NCBI GenBank assembly: GCA_041484665.1 | Contig: JBGPIA010000019.1 | Coordinates: forward strand, 1-64,000 | Direction: 5' to 3' | DNA length: 64,000 nucleotides | From: Candidatus Krumholzibacteriia bacterium | GTDB lineage: Bacteria; Krumholzibacteriota; Krumholzibacteriia; JAJRXK01 | Shown: piece after piece, positions 21,194 to 30,702 of the stretch | Numbering within the stretch: position 1 is the stretch's first letter | How the letters are laid out: each line of letters begins with the position of its first letter | The notes under the pieces: model-generated | The model's database searches: none | The model's input: the letters and a program-made list of their open reading frames with translations, nothing else | Told to the model about the DNA's origin: nothing | Translations under genes and position numbers: made by a program

Positions 21194-23002
21194 GTGGACC
21201 GTAGCTTCTTCATCGTCGTCAACGGCGAGTGGCTGCTGGACGGACCCTCGCATGCCAAACGCCTGAGCACGCAGGCCCTCTGCCCACTCGCGGACACCCT
21301 CGGCCACCTACGCGACGGCTGCCTGCTCCTCGTCAAATTCCGGGACCCTGGAGGCGGCCTGAGCGTCGACCCCTCGGCGCACCTCACGACACTGGGCGAC
21401 GCGTTCCACATCAAATCCGAACCCCTCGCCGCTGCGCTGCTCCGCGACCCGCTACGAGGTGCGCTGGTCGCCTTCTTCTTTGAGGGGACCGACTCCGAGG
21501 CGCGATGCATCGTAGACGTGTGGAGTCACGAATTCCTCGCGGACGTCGAGCGCGCCGACCCGACCCTGCGACTGGAGGCATTCGATCTCCCCCCGCGCCG
21601 CTCGACCACGGTGGATGCGGAAGGCCTCATCCGTGCACTCTATCGGGCGGCGGGGACGCGCGATGCGGAGCTCTTCGCCGTGCACGCCTCGAGGTTCCTC
21701 GATTCCCCCCACATCATCACGGCGCTCTTCTCGCATCTCTTCTCCATCCGCTCGGACGACAACCTCCGATTCCCCATCCAAGTCAAGAAGATCGCGGAAC
21801 AACTCCGCATCCTCCTGGACGATCCCAAGTCCGCCGTGCGGATCGGCCACGTCCGCAAATCCCACCTGGACCTCTGGGCCGAAGCGCAAGGCCTACGCTT
21901 CGCGTTCTTGGACGGCGGGCAGGCACGTATCCCCGCGCTGCCTGGACTAGAGCCCATGGCCCTGCGGGTTGGCATCTACTCCGTCCGTCCAGGCGTCCCC
22001 CAGGGCGGGGATCGCGAGCGGTGGAGCATGACGCCCTTCGTGCTGGGCGACCTCATCGATCGCGCGCGCCGAGTGTCCGAGCGACCTGACGCGCGCCGAT
22101 TCACGGAAGCCGCGCGGTACGTTCTCGAGCCCCTCGTTGGGTTGGAGCACCTGCGCAGCGCACCCGACACCCGAGTCCTGCTCGTCCACGGCCCGCTTAT
22201 CAACCAATTCGTCCAGTACGACGAAGGCCCGCCGCACTTCATCCCCTTCATCGCGCCCACGTTCCTGCAGCGGTACGGCATCGACGAGCCGTCAGTCGCG
22301 CGCGTCGTTGCTGACGTACCCAGCGATACGTCAGGACAGCCGATGTGGAACCAGTTCATGGCGATCTACGCGTACGTCATGCACGCCATCCACGCCTCAA
22401 CCACGCCTATCGTCGGGGTCGTGGAGCGCGCGACTGGGCGCGCCGTCACGAGTGCCGTCCTGGCCCGCCTGAAGTTGGACCGCGTCGTAACCGCAGCTTA
22501 CGTGGAGCGACTCGATCGCGAGCTAGAACAATACGAAATCACGGACGATTTTCTCTTCGGCTGCGTCCTGCGCGCCGGGGAATACCTCACCCCCGTGCCG
22601 ATCCAGAAGAACCCGCCCCGGCGCGCGCAGGATCGCTGGGCGCCCGTCGTGCGTCGGTACCCGCAGCCCACAGCACTCCTGCTAAAGACCGAGGAAGCCA
22701 ACTTCCCCTTCAGAGTGGAAATGAACGCGGCGGCCGCTGCCGAGCATTCCTTCCTCGTCCGCTTTCTTTTCCACACGGCGCGGCTGCTCCCGCGCTACGC
22801 GTTCCCGGTCGGACTGGACATCGTCGATAAGTACGCAAAAGTCCCTGACTGGATCTCGCGCGGCGTTTCCACGGAGCTCTCCGCGACGATGCTGCGCCGA
22901 GCGATGCGCACGGGTGACGCGAACATCGTCATGCAAATGCGACTCCTCTTGGCCAAGGGGCCGCGGGACTTCTTCTACCGGCCCGACGCACGAGGACTCT
23001 GA
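21194..23002 (+). CDS. nurA: NurA-family nuclease with extra N-terminal domain
   Basis: FAFLDGG, VLLVHGPL, IVGVVER, FPVGLDIVDKYAKV. Directly upstream of herA. Confidence 0.75.
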   Translation: MDRSFFIVVNGEWLLDGPSHAKRLSTQALCPLADTLGHLRDGCLLLVKFRDPGGGLSVDPSAHLTTLGDAFHIKSEPLAAALLRDPLRGALVAFFFEGTDSEARCIVDVWSHEFLADVERADPTLRLEAFDLPPRRSTTVDAEGLIRALYRAAGTRDAELFAVHASRFLDSPHIITALFSHLFSIRSDDNLRFPIQVKKIAEQLRILLDDPKSAVRIGHVRKSHLDLWAEAQGLRFAFLDGGQARIPALPGLEPMALRVGIYSVRPGVPQGGDRERWSMTPFVLGDLIDRARRVSERPDARRFTEAARYVLEPLVGLEHLRSAPDTRVLLVHGPLINQFVQYDEGPPHFIPFIAPTFLQRYGIDEPSVARVVADVPSDTSGQPMWNQFMAIYAYVMHAIHASTTPIVGVVERATGRAVTSAVLARLKLDRVVTAAYVERLDRELEQYEITDDFLFGCVLRAGEYLTPVPIQKNPPRRAQDRWAPVVRRYPQPTALLLKTEEANFPFRVEMNAAAAAEHSFLVRFLFHTARLLPRYAFPVGLDIVDKYAKVPDWISRGVSTELSATMLRRAMRTGDANIVMQMRLLLAKGPRDFFYRPDARGL

Positions 23003-23019
23003 GCGGAGGAACGATTACT

Positions 23020-24702
23020 ATGCCTATCCCGGGCATCCAGGTGGGAACAGTCGTCGGGAACACGTCCCCGCAGGAGTACCGGTTCTTCCTGCGCAGCTTC
23101 GCGGCGAAGCTCGGCGATCTCGTCTGCGTGGAAATGCCGGTGCCCAAAGCCGCTGCCGCACGCGAGACACGTGAGACCGAGGCCGTCGTAGTCTGGGGAC
23201 GCATCGTCGAACTCGCGCGGTTCAACCCGTTCCTGCCCGCGGAAGCCGGCCAAGAACTCGCCGAGGAGGGCATCGAGCTGCGGGACACCGTGCTTTCTCT
23301 CTCGCGCGACCAGGTGGACGGGCGCGTGCTCGTCTTGGGAATGACCGCTGCGGACGACGTCACTCGACTGCGCCCATTAGGCTACCCAGTCAGCCCGGGC
23401 GCGGAGGTCTTGCTGCCCCCACCCGAAGCCGTAAGGCGGATCCTCACGGGGGACGAGGACGCGCCACGCCTGCGCCTGGGAAGCCTCATTGGGCGAACGA
23501 ACGTCGATGTCCACATCAAAACGAACGCGATCGTAGCCCGCCACATGGCCATTCTCGCCATGACAGGCGGGGGCAAGACCGTGGCGGCGCGTCGCATCAT
23601 CCGCGAGCTCGCAACGATCGGGTATCCGCTGCTCATCCTCGACCCGCATGGAGACTACCTCGGACTCTACACGAGGCGGGACCTCTTCCCCGGCCGCACC
23701 GTGAAGCTCTACTACCCAAATCTCGTAGTCAAGCAAGCCAACCGTGATCTCGTGGGCTACCTCGTCTCACGCATGACGCAAGGCTTCACGGATCCCCAGC
23801 GGGAAAAGTACGACGAGGCCCTCGACAAAGTCGCCATCACCGACCAGGTGGACATCACACGCTTCATCGAACTCCTAGTACAAAAGCTCGACGAGGTGCA
23901 ACGGGCCGGTCACGCAGGGACGATCCCGGCCGTGAAGCGCGGCCTGCGCATCGTGCGCACGTACATCGAGGCGATGGAGAAGTCGAACGAGCGTCTCCGC
24001 AAGCGGGCCTCGCTGAGAGACTTTCCCTTCGAACCGATGCCGGACCCCCTCACCGAGCCGGCACGGTTCGTCCGGCCGAATCAGGTGAGCGTCCTCTACC
24101 TGGGCGGGTACGATCATCTCACGCAGTCGACCATCGTGGCGATCGTGCTCCGGCAACTGTTCGACCATCGCGCGTCGATGTCCAATGCCATCCCGCCGTT
24201 CCTAGCCGTGATCGAGGAAGCCCACAATTTCATTCCCTCCCACGGGGAGGGTCAGGTGGACACGCCCTCGGTCGAGGTGATCCGCAAAGTGATCACGGAA
24301 GGACGCAAGTTCGGCACGGGACTCCTCCTAGTGAGCCAGCGCCCGAGTCGGCTCGACGAGACGGCGCTTTCGCAGTGCAATACCTTCCTGATCTTCCGGT
24401 TGGTCAATCCGCGCGACCAAAGCTTTGTCGAGAAGGTCATGGAAAACCTGAGCCGAGACGACAGCCGACTCCTGCCCGGCTTTGGACCCGGACAGGGCAT
24501 CATCAGCGGGCAGGCCGTCCGCTTCCCCTTGATCATCCAAGTCGACCACGACCGTGAACTCGAAACATCGGCGATCGGGGACGAGAACTTCCTCGACGCG
24601 GCCGCCCAATGGGCGCACAGCCCGGAATCAGCGCTCGCGGCCCGCACCGAAACGCTAATCGCCGAGTTGGATCGTGACGGACCCCAGCCTCCAGCCGCGT
24701 GA
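23020..24702 (+). CDS. herA: HerA/FtsK-family ATPase with HAS-barrel
   Basis: N-terminal GTVVG barrel, RHMAILAMTGGGKT, DPHGDY, IEEAHNF, EGRKFG, VSQRPS, SQCNT. GGAGGA RBS. Confidence 0.92.
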   Translation: MPIPGIQVGTVVGNTSPQEYRFFLRSFAAKLGDLVCVEMPVPKAAAARETRETEAVVVWGRIVELARFNPFLPAEAGQELAEEGIELRDTVLSLSRDQVDGRVLVLGMTAADDVTRLRPLGYPVSPGAEVLLPPPEAVRRILTGDEDAPRLRLGSLIGRTNVDVHIKTNAIVARHMAILAMTGGGKTVAARRIIRELATIGYPLLILDPHGDYLGLYTRRDLFPGRTVKLYYPNLVVKQANRDLVGYLVSRMTQGFTDPQREKYDEALDKVAITDQVDITRFIELLVQKLDEVQRAGHAGTIPAVKRGLRIVRTYIEAMEKSNERLRKRASLRDFPFEPMPDPLTEPARFVRPNQVSVLYLGGYDHLTQSTIVAIVLRQLFDHRASMSNAIPPFLAVIEEAHNFIPSHGEGQVDTPSVEVIRKVITEGRKFGTGLLLVSQRPSRLDETALSQCNTFLIFRLVNPRDQSFVEKVMENLSRDDSRLLPGFGPGQGIISGQAVRFPLIIQVDHDRELETSAIGDENFLDAAAQWAHSPESALAARTETLIAELDRDGPQPPAA

Positions 24703-24750
24703 TTCACACCCGAACTGGAACCGCCGCGGGAGAGCTGTCGCTCCGAACCG

Positions 24751-25248
24751 TCAGCTCCGCCCGCGGCTCTTGCGGTGGCGCGAGCTTCGGGCAACCCCAG
24801 CCCGGGTGTCCCGACGTCCGCGGCCCTCGAGCTGCCGGGACGAATTGGCCCTGACGGTCTTGGCGATGCGCGCGATGCAATCGTCGAGGTCGCGCGTTAC
24901 CTCGTGCTGCCACAATCGAATAACGCGCCAGCCGGCGGCTCGTAGCTTGCGGAAGTTCCGCTGATCCCGCACGCGATTGCCTCGGAGCTTGGCCTTCCAG
25001 AACGGGGAGAGCCGGTGCTCCCACGTCGGCAAGCGATAGCCGTGCCAGAAGTCGCCGTCCACGAAAACGGCGACGCGGGCCGATGGGAAGACGATATCCG
25101 GCCGTCCCGGGAGTGCTTTGGCGTGAGTGCGGAAGCGCAGTCCCCGCCGATGCAACGCCGACCCTACGAGCCGCTCAAGGTCGGTGTTACGGCTCTTGAC
25201 GCGGGACATGCAGTAGCTGCGTTGCGCTGGCGTCAAGTTGTCTACCAT
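24751..25248 (-). CDS. vsr: Very-short-patch repair endonuclease
   Basis: DNLTPAQRSYCMSRVKSRNT, LPGRPDIVF, FVDGDFWHG. Confidence 0.95.
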   Translation of the reverse strand: MVDNLTPAQRSYCMSRVKSRNTDLERLVGSALHRRGLRFRTHAKALPGRPDIVFPSARVAVFVDGDFWHGYRLPTWEHRLSPFWKAKLRGNRVRDQRNFRKLRAAGWRVIRLWQHEVTRDLDDCIARIAKTVRANSSRQLEGRGRRDTRAGVARSSRHRKSRGRS

Positions 25249-25262
25249 AGCCGGGGGCGTCC

Positions 25263-28200
25263 TCAGCGGCTGGCGCGGTACGCTCGTGCCGCCTGCATCC
25301 CGCAGAATTCGCGGAAATCGCACTCGGCGCAGCGCGTCCGCTTCGTCGCGTCGCGCGGTCCTTTCGTCGGGTCCGAGTGGAATTCTCGTCCTCTGATGCG
25401 CCGCGTGGTCTCCACAATCGTGCGGTGCGCCGCGGCGAGGGCTCCGTCGCTGAGCGGTATGCTCAATTCCTGGGACGCCGGGTCGACTTCGCCGAGATAG
25501 CGTACGAGTCCGCGGTCGGGTTCGTATTCCAGCTCGCGCTTCGCCGCGAGGCCGTACAAGCTGATTTGAAGGCGCATCTCGTCCTCATCGAGCTTGGTCG
25601 CGGCGTCGGACTCCGCGTCGCCGGACTTGAAGTCGATCAGCGTGACGCGTGGGGGGTCGTCGAGCCGGATCACGTCGATCGCGCCGGAAACAAGGGTATC
25701 TTCTTCCGGCAAGAGGGTCTCGAACTCCCGCTCGGGCTCAAAGTGCAAGCGCTGCAGTTCGGGTGCGTATCGGGCGATGTAGTCGGTCACGACTGCGAGG
25801 GCTTTGGCCTCCATGTTCGCTCGTGGGTCGCCGGTGGTGTAGCGGAGGTAGAAGAGGCCACGGCGGATGAGGTCCTGGATTGCGTCTCTGAGGGCGCGTG
25901 GGTCCTGCGCGAGTGCCGCCCAGTGCGTCGGATTCGTGTGGATTGCGCGCATGAGATTGTGCACGCCGCGGCCGTATCCGAAGGCTTGATCGATGGTGGG
26001 CGCAAAGCCGAGGACTTTGCGGAGGTAGAAGTCGTGAGGGCATTCCAAGTAGTAGCGCAGATCGGTGAAGGAGGTGATGAGTCGGATCTTCTCCTTGCCC
26101 GGTTCGCTGCGTCGATGCGTGACATTGCCGGGGATGCCTGCGGGATCGGACAGTGCCGCGCCCCCCACTGCTGGGATGAGGCGTGCAAGTTCTTTAAAGA
26201 ACTTGGAGTGCCGATTCCCCGAGGAGGAGACGAAGGCGTAGCGTTCCGCCCGTGTGAGCGCGACGTACATGAGGCGGCGCTCGTCGTCGTTGTTCTCGTT
26301 GTCCGCCAAATCGGCGGGGTTGATGACGTCGCGAAACGCGCCGCTGAACGGCAGTGCCGGGGGCGTGCGCGCGCGGCTGTTGGGGAACCGCTGTGCGCAG
26401 ACGTCGGCGAGGAAGACGGCGGCGTATTCGAGTCCTTTCGCGGCGTGCACGGTGCTGATGGTCACGGCGTCCGGCTGCACGAGGAGGGGGGCCTCGTTGG
26501 TTCTGGCGTTTCGCGCCCCCCAGAGGCACAGCGCGATGATCTGGTACTTGAAATCAGCGGGACTGGTCCAGCCGGGGGTCTCGATGCCTTTGACGAGGTT
26601 GCTGAGCTGGCCGAGGTGGAACATCGCGGCGATACCGCGTGGTCCGAGAGCGTCCCACTCCTGGATGCCGGCCTCCGCGAGCAGCCAATGGTAGATCGCC
26701 TGCGGAAATACCCGTCGGAGTTGATCGGGTCGGCCGAGCCATTCTGCGAGTGATCGGGTCCGCACCTGGCCGCGCTCGTGCGCGTCGACGGGCTCCCCCT
26801 GTAGGCGCGTCGCAATGAGGCACGCGGCTCGAATGATGCGCTGGTCGGCGTCAGCGTCGAGGGGTAGGCCCGCGTCGGTCAACGCCTGGCAAGCGGTTCG
26901 AACGACATCCTCGGGGACGGGCTGACAGCCCAGTACGGTGCGAATCTGGTTGGGGAAGCTAGGACCGTGCTCTGCGCCGAGGAATTCTCCGAGGTCCACC
27001 GCGCGGCCGAGCGCGCCTGCGAAGAGGAGGACTTCGGGTTGTGTGAATAGGTCGGGGCCTGCGCGGAAGATGGCCGGGATGCCGGCTCGTTGCAGGGCTG
27101 TCATGTACTCTCGGGCGTTAGTGGAGCTGCGGAGCAGTATGGCGATGTCCGAGTAGGTCAGGCCGCGCTCTCCCTCCGCGGAAGTGTCGTGGTACGCCCC
27201 CTCTTGGGTTGAGGGTTGGATGAGGGTTTGGATCGTCCGGGTGATCCACGCGGCTTCGTCCGCTCGGGTCTGCAAGCTCAGCAATGCCGTGTGGGTCGGG
27301 TCCTGATCTGTCCGGTGCATCCTGCCGTGCTCCATCGCCGGGCTGGGGAGGCTCGGGATCGCGTTGATGGTCGCGGCCCATCGATTCGCGATGCTCACGA
27401 TGCGCGGGGTGGAGCGGTAGTTGTGCGTGAGGTCGTAGACGGCCCCGTCTGCGTCCTGCTGCAGCTGCGCGGCGAGTTCGCTCATGATCGTGACCCTGCT
27501 GCCGCGGAAGCGGTAGATCGCTTGACGGTGGTCTCCCACGGCGGTCAGCGTCCCCGCTTGCCCGATGAGCAAGATGATGAGGGCATTCTGGATGGGGTTG
27601 ACGTCTTGTACTTCGTCGACGACCAGATGGGTTGTGCTGCGGCGGAGCCGGTCGAGCGCGTCCGGGTGGGCGGCGAGCTTGCGGACGAGTTCGGATTGGG
27701 ATGTGCTGAAGTCCAAGAAGCGGCGGCACAACAGGTAGGCGTAGTAGCGCGCGGCCGCGGTCGCGAACGCGCGGGCTGCCTCATCATCCCCGATCTCGGT
27801 GCGGAGCGCGGCTTGCGTGCACCACTCCCTTTCCGCCTCGATCGTGTGTGGGGTATCTTCCGGGGCGAGCGCCACGTCGAGTTGGTTGTATTCGTTCAGA
27901 AGGTCGTAGGCCGCGCTGAAGCTGTCGATCGCCTGGAGCTGTCCCGTGCCGAGTGCGTCCTGAAATGATCGCAGTCCGAGGATGCCGTGGTAACCACGGT
28001 AGATCAGGGCGTGGCGTGCCGTCTCGTCGATGACGTCGAAGTTGTGGTAGTGATCCGGGAATAGCTCGCGCAGCATCTTGAGACAGAAGGCGTGGATAGT
28101 GCCGACGTACATGCCCCCCAGGGTTGCGTCCTCACCTGTCGGGGTGATGGCCTGCAGGTGGCGTCGAATGCGGAATTTCATCTCTTCCGCGGCCCGGTCG

Positions 28201-28403
28201 GTGAAGGTGAAGGCGACGATGCGCTCTTTCGGGATTCCGGTGACCCCGACCCAGAGTGCGATGCGCCGCGCGATCACCTCGGTCTTCCCTGACCCTGCGC
28301 CAGCGATGATCAGCGTGCGGCGCTCGGACGCTTCGACTGCCATGCGTTGTTTGTCATTCAGACCTTCGACCAGGCGCTGTCGGATCTCCGTCGGAGGCGT
28401 CAC
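25263..28403 (-). CDS. UvrD/PcrA-like SF1 helicase fused to a C-terminal Cas4/AddB-like PD-(D/E)XK nuclease
   Basis: AGAGSGKT, VDEVQD, VGDHRQAIYRFRG, NYRST, TVHAAKGLE, RRLMYVALTRA. Then YLECP..GAIDVI..IDFKSG..QISLY..CAECDFREFC. The GTG start overlaps the methyltransferase stop (GTGA). Confidence 0.9.
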   Translation of the reverse strand: MTPPTEIRQRLVEGLNDKQRMAVEASERRTLIIAGAGSGKTEVIARRIALWVGVTGIPKERIVAFTFTDRAAEEMKFRIRRHLQAITPTGEDATLGGMYVGTIHAFCLKMLRELFPDHYHNFDVIDETARHALIYRGYHGILGLRSFQDALGTGQLQAIDSFSAAYDLLNEYNQLDVALAPEDTPHTIEAEREWCTQAALRTEIGDDEAARAFATAAARYYAYLLCRRFLDFSTSQSELVRKLAAHPDALDRLRRSTTHLVVDEVQDVNPIQNALIILLIGQAGTLTAVGDHRQAIYRFRGSRVTIMSELAAQLQQDADGAVYDLTHNYRSTPRIVSIANRWAATINAIPSLPSPAMEHGRMHRTDQDPTHTALLSLQTRADEAAWITRTIQTLIQPSTQEGAYHDTSAEGERGLTYSDIAILLRSSTNAREYMTALQRAGIPAIFRAGPDLFTQPEVLLFAGALGRAVDLGEFLGAEHGPSFPNQIRTVLGCQPVPEDVVRTACQALTDAGLPLDADADQRIIRAACLIATRLQGEPVDAHERGQVRTRSLAEWLGRPDQLRRVFPQAIYHWLLAEAGIQEWDALGPRGIAAMFHLGQLSNLVKGIETPGWTSPADFKYQIIALCLWGARNARTNEAPLLVQPDAVTISTVHAAKGLEYAAVFLADVCAQRFPNSRARTPPALPFSGAFRDVINPADLADNENNDDERRLMYVALTRAERYAFVSSSGNRHSKFFKELARLIPAVGGAALSDPAGIPGNVTHRRSEPGKEKIRLITSFTDLRYYLECPHDFYLRKVLGFAPTIDQAFGYGRGVHNLMRAIHTNPTHWAALAQDPRALRDAIQDLIRRGLFYLRYTTGDPRANMEAKALAVVTDYIARYAPELQRLHFEPEREFETLLPEEDTLVSGAIDVIRLDDPPRVTLIDFKSGDAESDAATKLDEDEMRLQISLYGLAAKRELEYEPDRGLVRYLGEVDPASQELSIPLSDGALAAAHRTIVETTRRIRGREFHSDPTKGPRDATKRTRCAECDFREFCGMQAARAYRASR

Positions 28404-29476
28404 GGACGTACACCCTTCGAGTAGTGTGTTGGGCGCGTGGCGAGCGCCCGGCGGATTCGGTTGGCGTGTCGACGGACGAATTCGGGGGGGAGCGCGTTGC
28501 CGATCATGAGGGCGATGGCGCACTTGTGCTGCAGTGTAGGGAATTCATACCAGCGCGGGAAACTCTGGAGGAGGGCGGCCTCGCGCATGGTGATCGCCCG
28601 GTTCTGGGTCGGGTGCAGGAAGCGGCCTTTGGAGGGGTTGAAGCACCCGCTCGTGATGGTGGGCGCGTGCTCATGCCAGGCCATCCGGCCGTACACGTCG
28701 TGGAATCCGTGGCAGCGGCGGTGGCAGCGTAACTGTTCCGTCTTGGGAAGGTCGGTGCGGCTACCGCCGTCTTTGGGAATGCGCTTGATCAGGGCGCGCA
28801 CATGTGGTGCGCGCTGCTCGGGAAGGTCATGGAGGGGGTCGCCGCTGCGTCCCGGTCGGGGGAGCCGCCCGATGGCATCACGGACGGTTCTCCTCGACTT
28901 TGCTCGTGCTGCGAGGGGGATGGAGTATCCGTGGCCAGCGACGTAGATGAGTCGGCGCCGGCGCTGCGGAACGCCGTACTCGGCCGCGTCGAGCACGCCG
29001 TACGTGCCGACGTAGCCGAGCGCGGTCATGCGTGCACAGAAGGCGTCGAAGCGCCTGTTCGAGGCGAGGCCGGGCACGTTCTCAAGCATGATTGCCCTGG
29101 GGCTGAGTCCTAGGACGAATCGCGTAAAGTCTCGGAGGAGATCGTTGCGCGGGTCGCGTATCAGCCGCGAGCCGTTGAGCGTGCGCATGCTTGAGAAGCC
29201 CTGACATGGAGGACACCCGGCGAGCAGGTCGAGCTCGCCCTTGCGGAGGTTGAGCGCGCGTTTCAGCGAGCGCACAGCGAGCTCTCGAATGTCGGCTTCC
29301 CAGAGGTAGACCTCCGGATGGTTCGCGGCGTACGTGACCACGGATAGCGGCTCATTGTCGACCGCGCCTAGCACGTCGAAGCCGGCCTGCTTCAACCCGA
29401 GCGTTAGGCCGCCGCAGCCGCTGAACAGGTCGACCGCCGTCAGCCGCCGCCCCGATCGCCCTCGCCTTAGCACCAC
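28400..29476 (-). CDS. dcm: DNA (cytosine-5)-methyltransferase
   Basis: Motif I DLFSGCGG, IV GCPPCQGFS, VI ENV, VIII PQRRRR, IX-X REAALLQSFP and IGNALP. Confidence 0.95.
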   Translation of the reverse strand: MVLRRGRSGRRLTAVDLFSGCGGLTLGLKQAGFDVLGAVDNEPLSVVTYAANHPEVYLWEADIRELAVRSLKRALNLRKGELDLLAGCPPCQGFSSMRTLNGSRLIRDPRNDLLRDFTRFVLGLSPRAIMLENVPGLASNRRFDAFCARMTALGYVGTYGVLDAAEYGVPQRRRRLIYVAGHGYSIPLAARAKSRRTVRDAIGRLPRPGRSGDPLHDLPEQRAPHVRALIKRIPKDGGSRTDLPKTEQLRCHRRCHGFHDVYGRMAWHEHAPTITSGCFNPSKGRFLHPTQNRAITMREAALLQSFPRWYEFPTLQHKCAIALMIGNALPPEFVRRHANRIRRALATRPTHYSKGVRP

Positions 29477-29799
29477 GCTGTCACCTCACGAAGCGAGAGC
29501 GACCCTGAGTTTAAATAGCTTGCCCCAGCACGTCGCTCAGCAAGAACGCCGGTCCTCGTCGGTGGGACATGCGAGATCGAACGACACCCATTTTCTTCTA
29601 CCTCTGTCGCAGACCTGCGTCAACGTGAATCGCACCAAGGGGTTGACTCACGTGTACACGTCTGAGTGGGGGGCAGCGACGACCCCCGATGTCTGCTGCC
29701 CTGCAAAGCACAGCGGGCACTTCACGCGCCAAGGGGCCTCAGAGGCCACTGCATTTACGCCCTGAAGATGACGGGGATTTGGACCGGATCCCCGTCACA

Positions 29800-30585
29800 C
29801 TATGGAAGTGGGACCCACTCGTACCACTCCCGCACTCCGAGCAGCTCCGCCCAGGAGTTTGTGATGGCGCGGTCACCCACGTGGCCATGCTCGGTGGCGT
29901 CGCGCAGGAGGTCGTCAAGGCGCACTCCAAGCTCATAGCTTCCTGACGCACGAATCACCGGCGCAAGTGGCGCACCGGTGAGCAAGCTGGCCTCCAGAGC
30001 GAGGGCGACGTTCATCCCCGTACTCGCCGCGTACACCCCCGGGGGCGCCGCGGCCGCAATTCGGGGGGCGAAGTGCGGGACGACATCGCGCACCTGACGC
30101 ACCAGATACCGCTGCTGCTCCTCGCGGTGCTCAGGCACGTCGCGGGCGAGGGCGCGCTCCACGAGTAAGTCCAAGGGCATGCTGGTGACCTGCCGGACGA
30201 GGCCGTGGTAGAGAAACACGGATAAGTCCCGGAACACGCGGTGCGGCAACTCCGGAAAGCGCGCACGCAGCTCCGCCTCCTCAGAGGGGGGAAGCCCACG
30301 ATCAGCAGGACTCGCCGGCACGAGGCGCTTCTCGGGTGGGGCAGGCCACAGACGCAGCACCTTGTACGACGCGCTCACCAGGAAGTGCAGCCAGAACGCA
30401 GGGTACTCCGGCACGAACGCAAGATCATGCCACGGCCGGTCTGTGGCGGCCATGCGCAGCAGGAAGTCGTACCCGAGGCCCTCGCGCTCCGATAGCACGA
30501 CGGGGTACCCGGTCTTGTCCGCGGCACGCGTGACCAAACGCGCCGCGTACACCGGCATGACCTCCCCGGCCCTCACCAGTCGCAT
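29800..30585 (-). CDS. Integrase-associated hypothetical protein, copy 2
   Basis: Paralog of 3473..4258. Start ATG 30585 or 30558. Confidence 0.7.
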   Translation of the reverse strand: MRLVRAGEVMPVYAARLVTRAADKTGYPVVLSEREGLGYDFLLRMAATDRPWHDLAFVPEYPAFWLHFLVSASYKVLRLWPAPPEKRLVPASPADRGLPPSEEAELRARFPELPHRVFRDLSVFLYHGLVRQVTSMPLDLLVERALARDVPEHREEQQRYLVRQVRDVVPHFAPRIAAAAPPGVYAASTGMNVALALEASLLTGAPLAPVIRASGSYELGVRLDDLLRDATEHGHVGDRAITNSWAELLGVREWYEWVPLP

Positions 30586-30702
30586 CCACGCCCGGAAGCA
30601 CTCGTGGCTTATAAGGCTTGCACCGAAGAACACCACCCCGAAACGTGCACGGGCGGCGAGTGCTGGGCAACGCATCGTCGGTGACGGGCGTGCAGTTGAT
30701 CC

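Noticed and set aside
24720..24770. Terminator between herA and vsr
   Set aside because: Imperfect GC-rich hairpin without a U-tract; not supportable.
25263..26100. CRISPR-associated cas4
   Set aside because: The domain is fused to a UvrD helicase, and there are no cas genes or array.
25377..26753. 458-aa plus-strand ORF and similar long antisense ORFs (e.g. 4058..5236)
   Set aside because: Shadows of well-supported genes in GC-rich DNA, with no motifs of their own.
21194..29476. DISARM class II or Druantia type II
   Set aside because: These need SF2/DUF1998 helicases and, for DISARM, a PLD nuclease. Here the helicase is SF1 and the partners are NurA and HerA.
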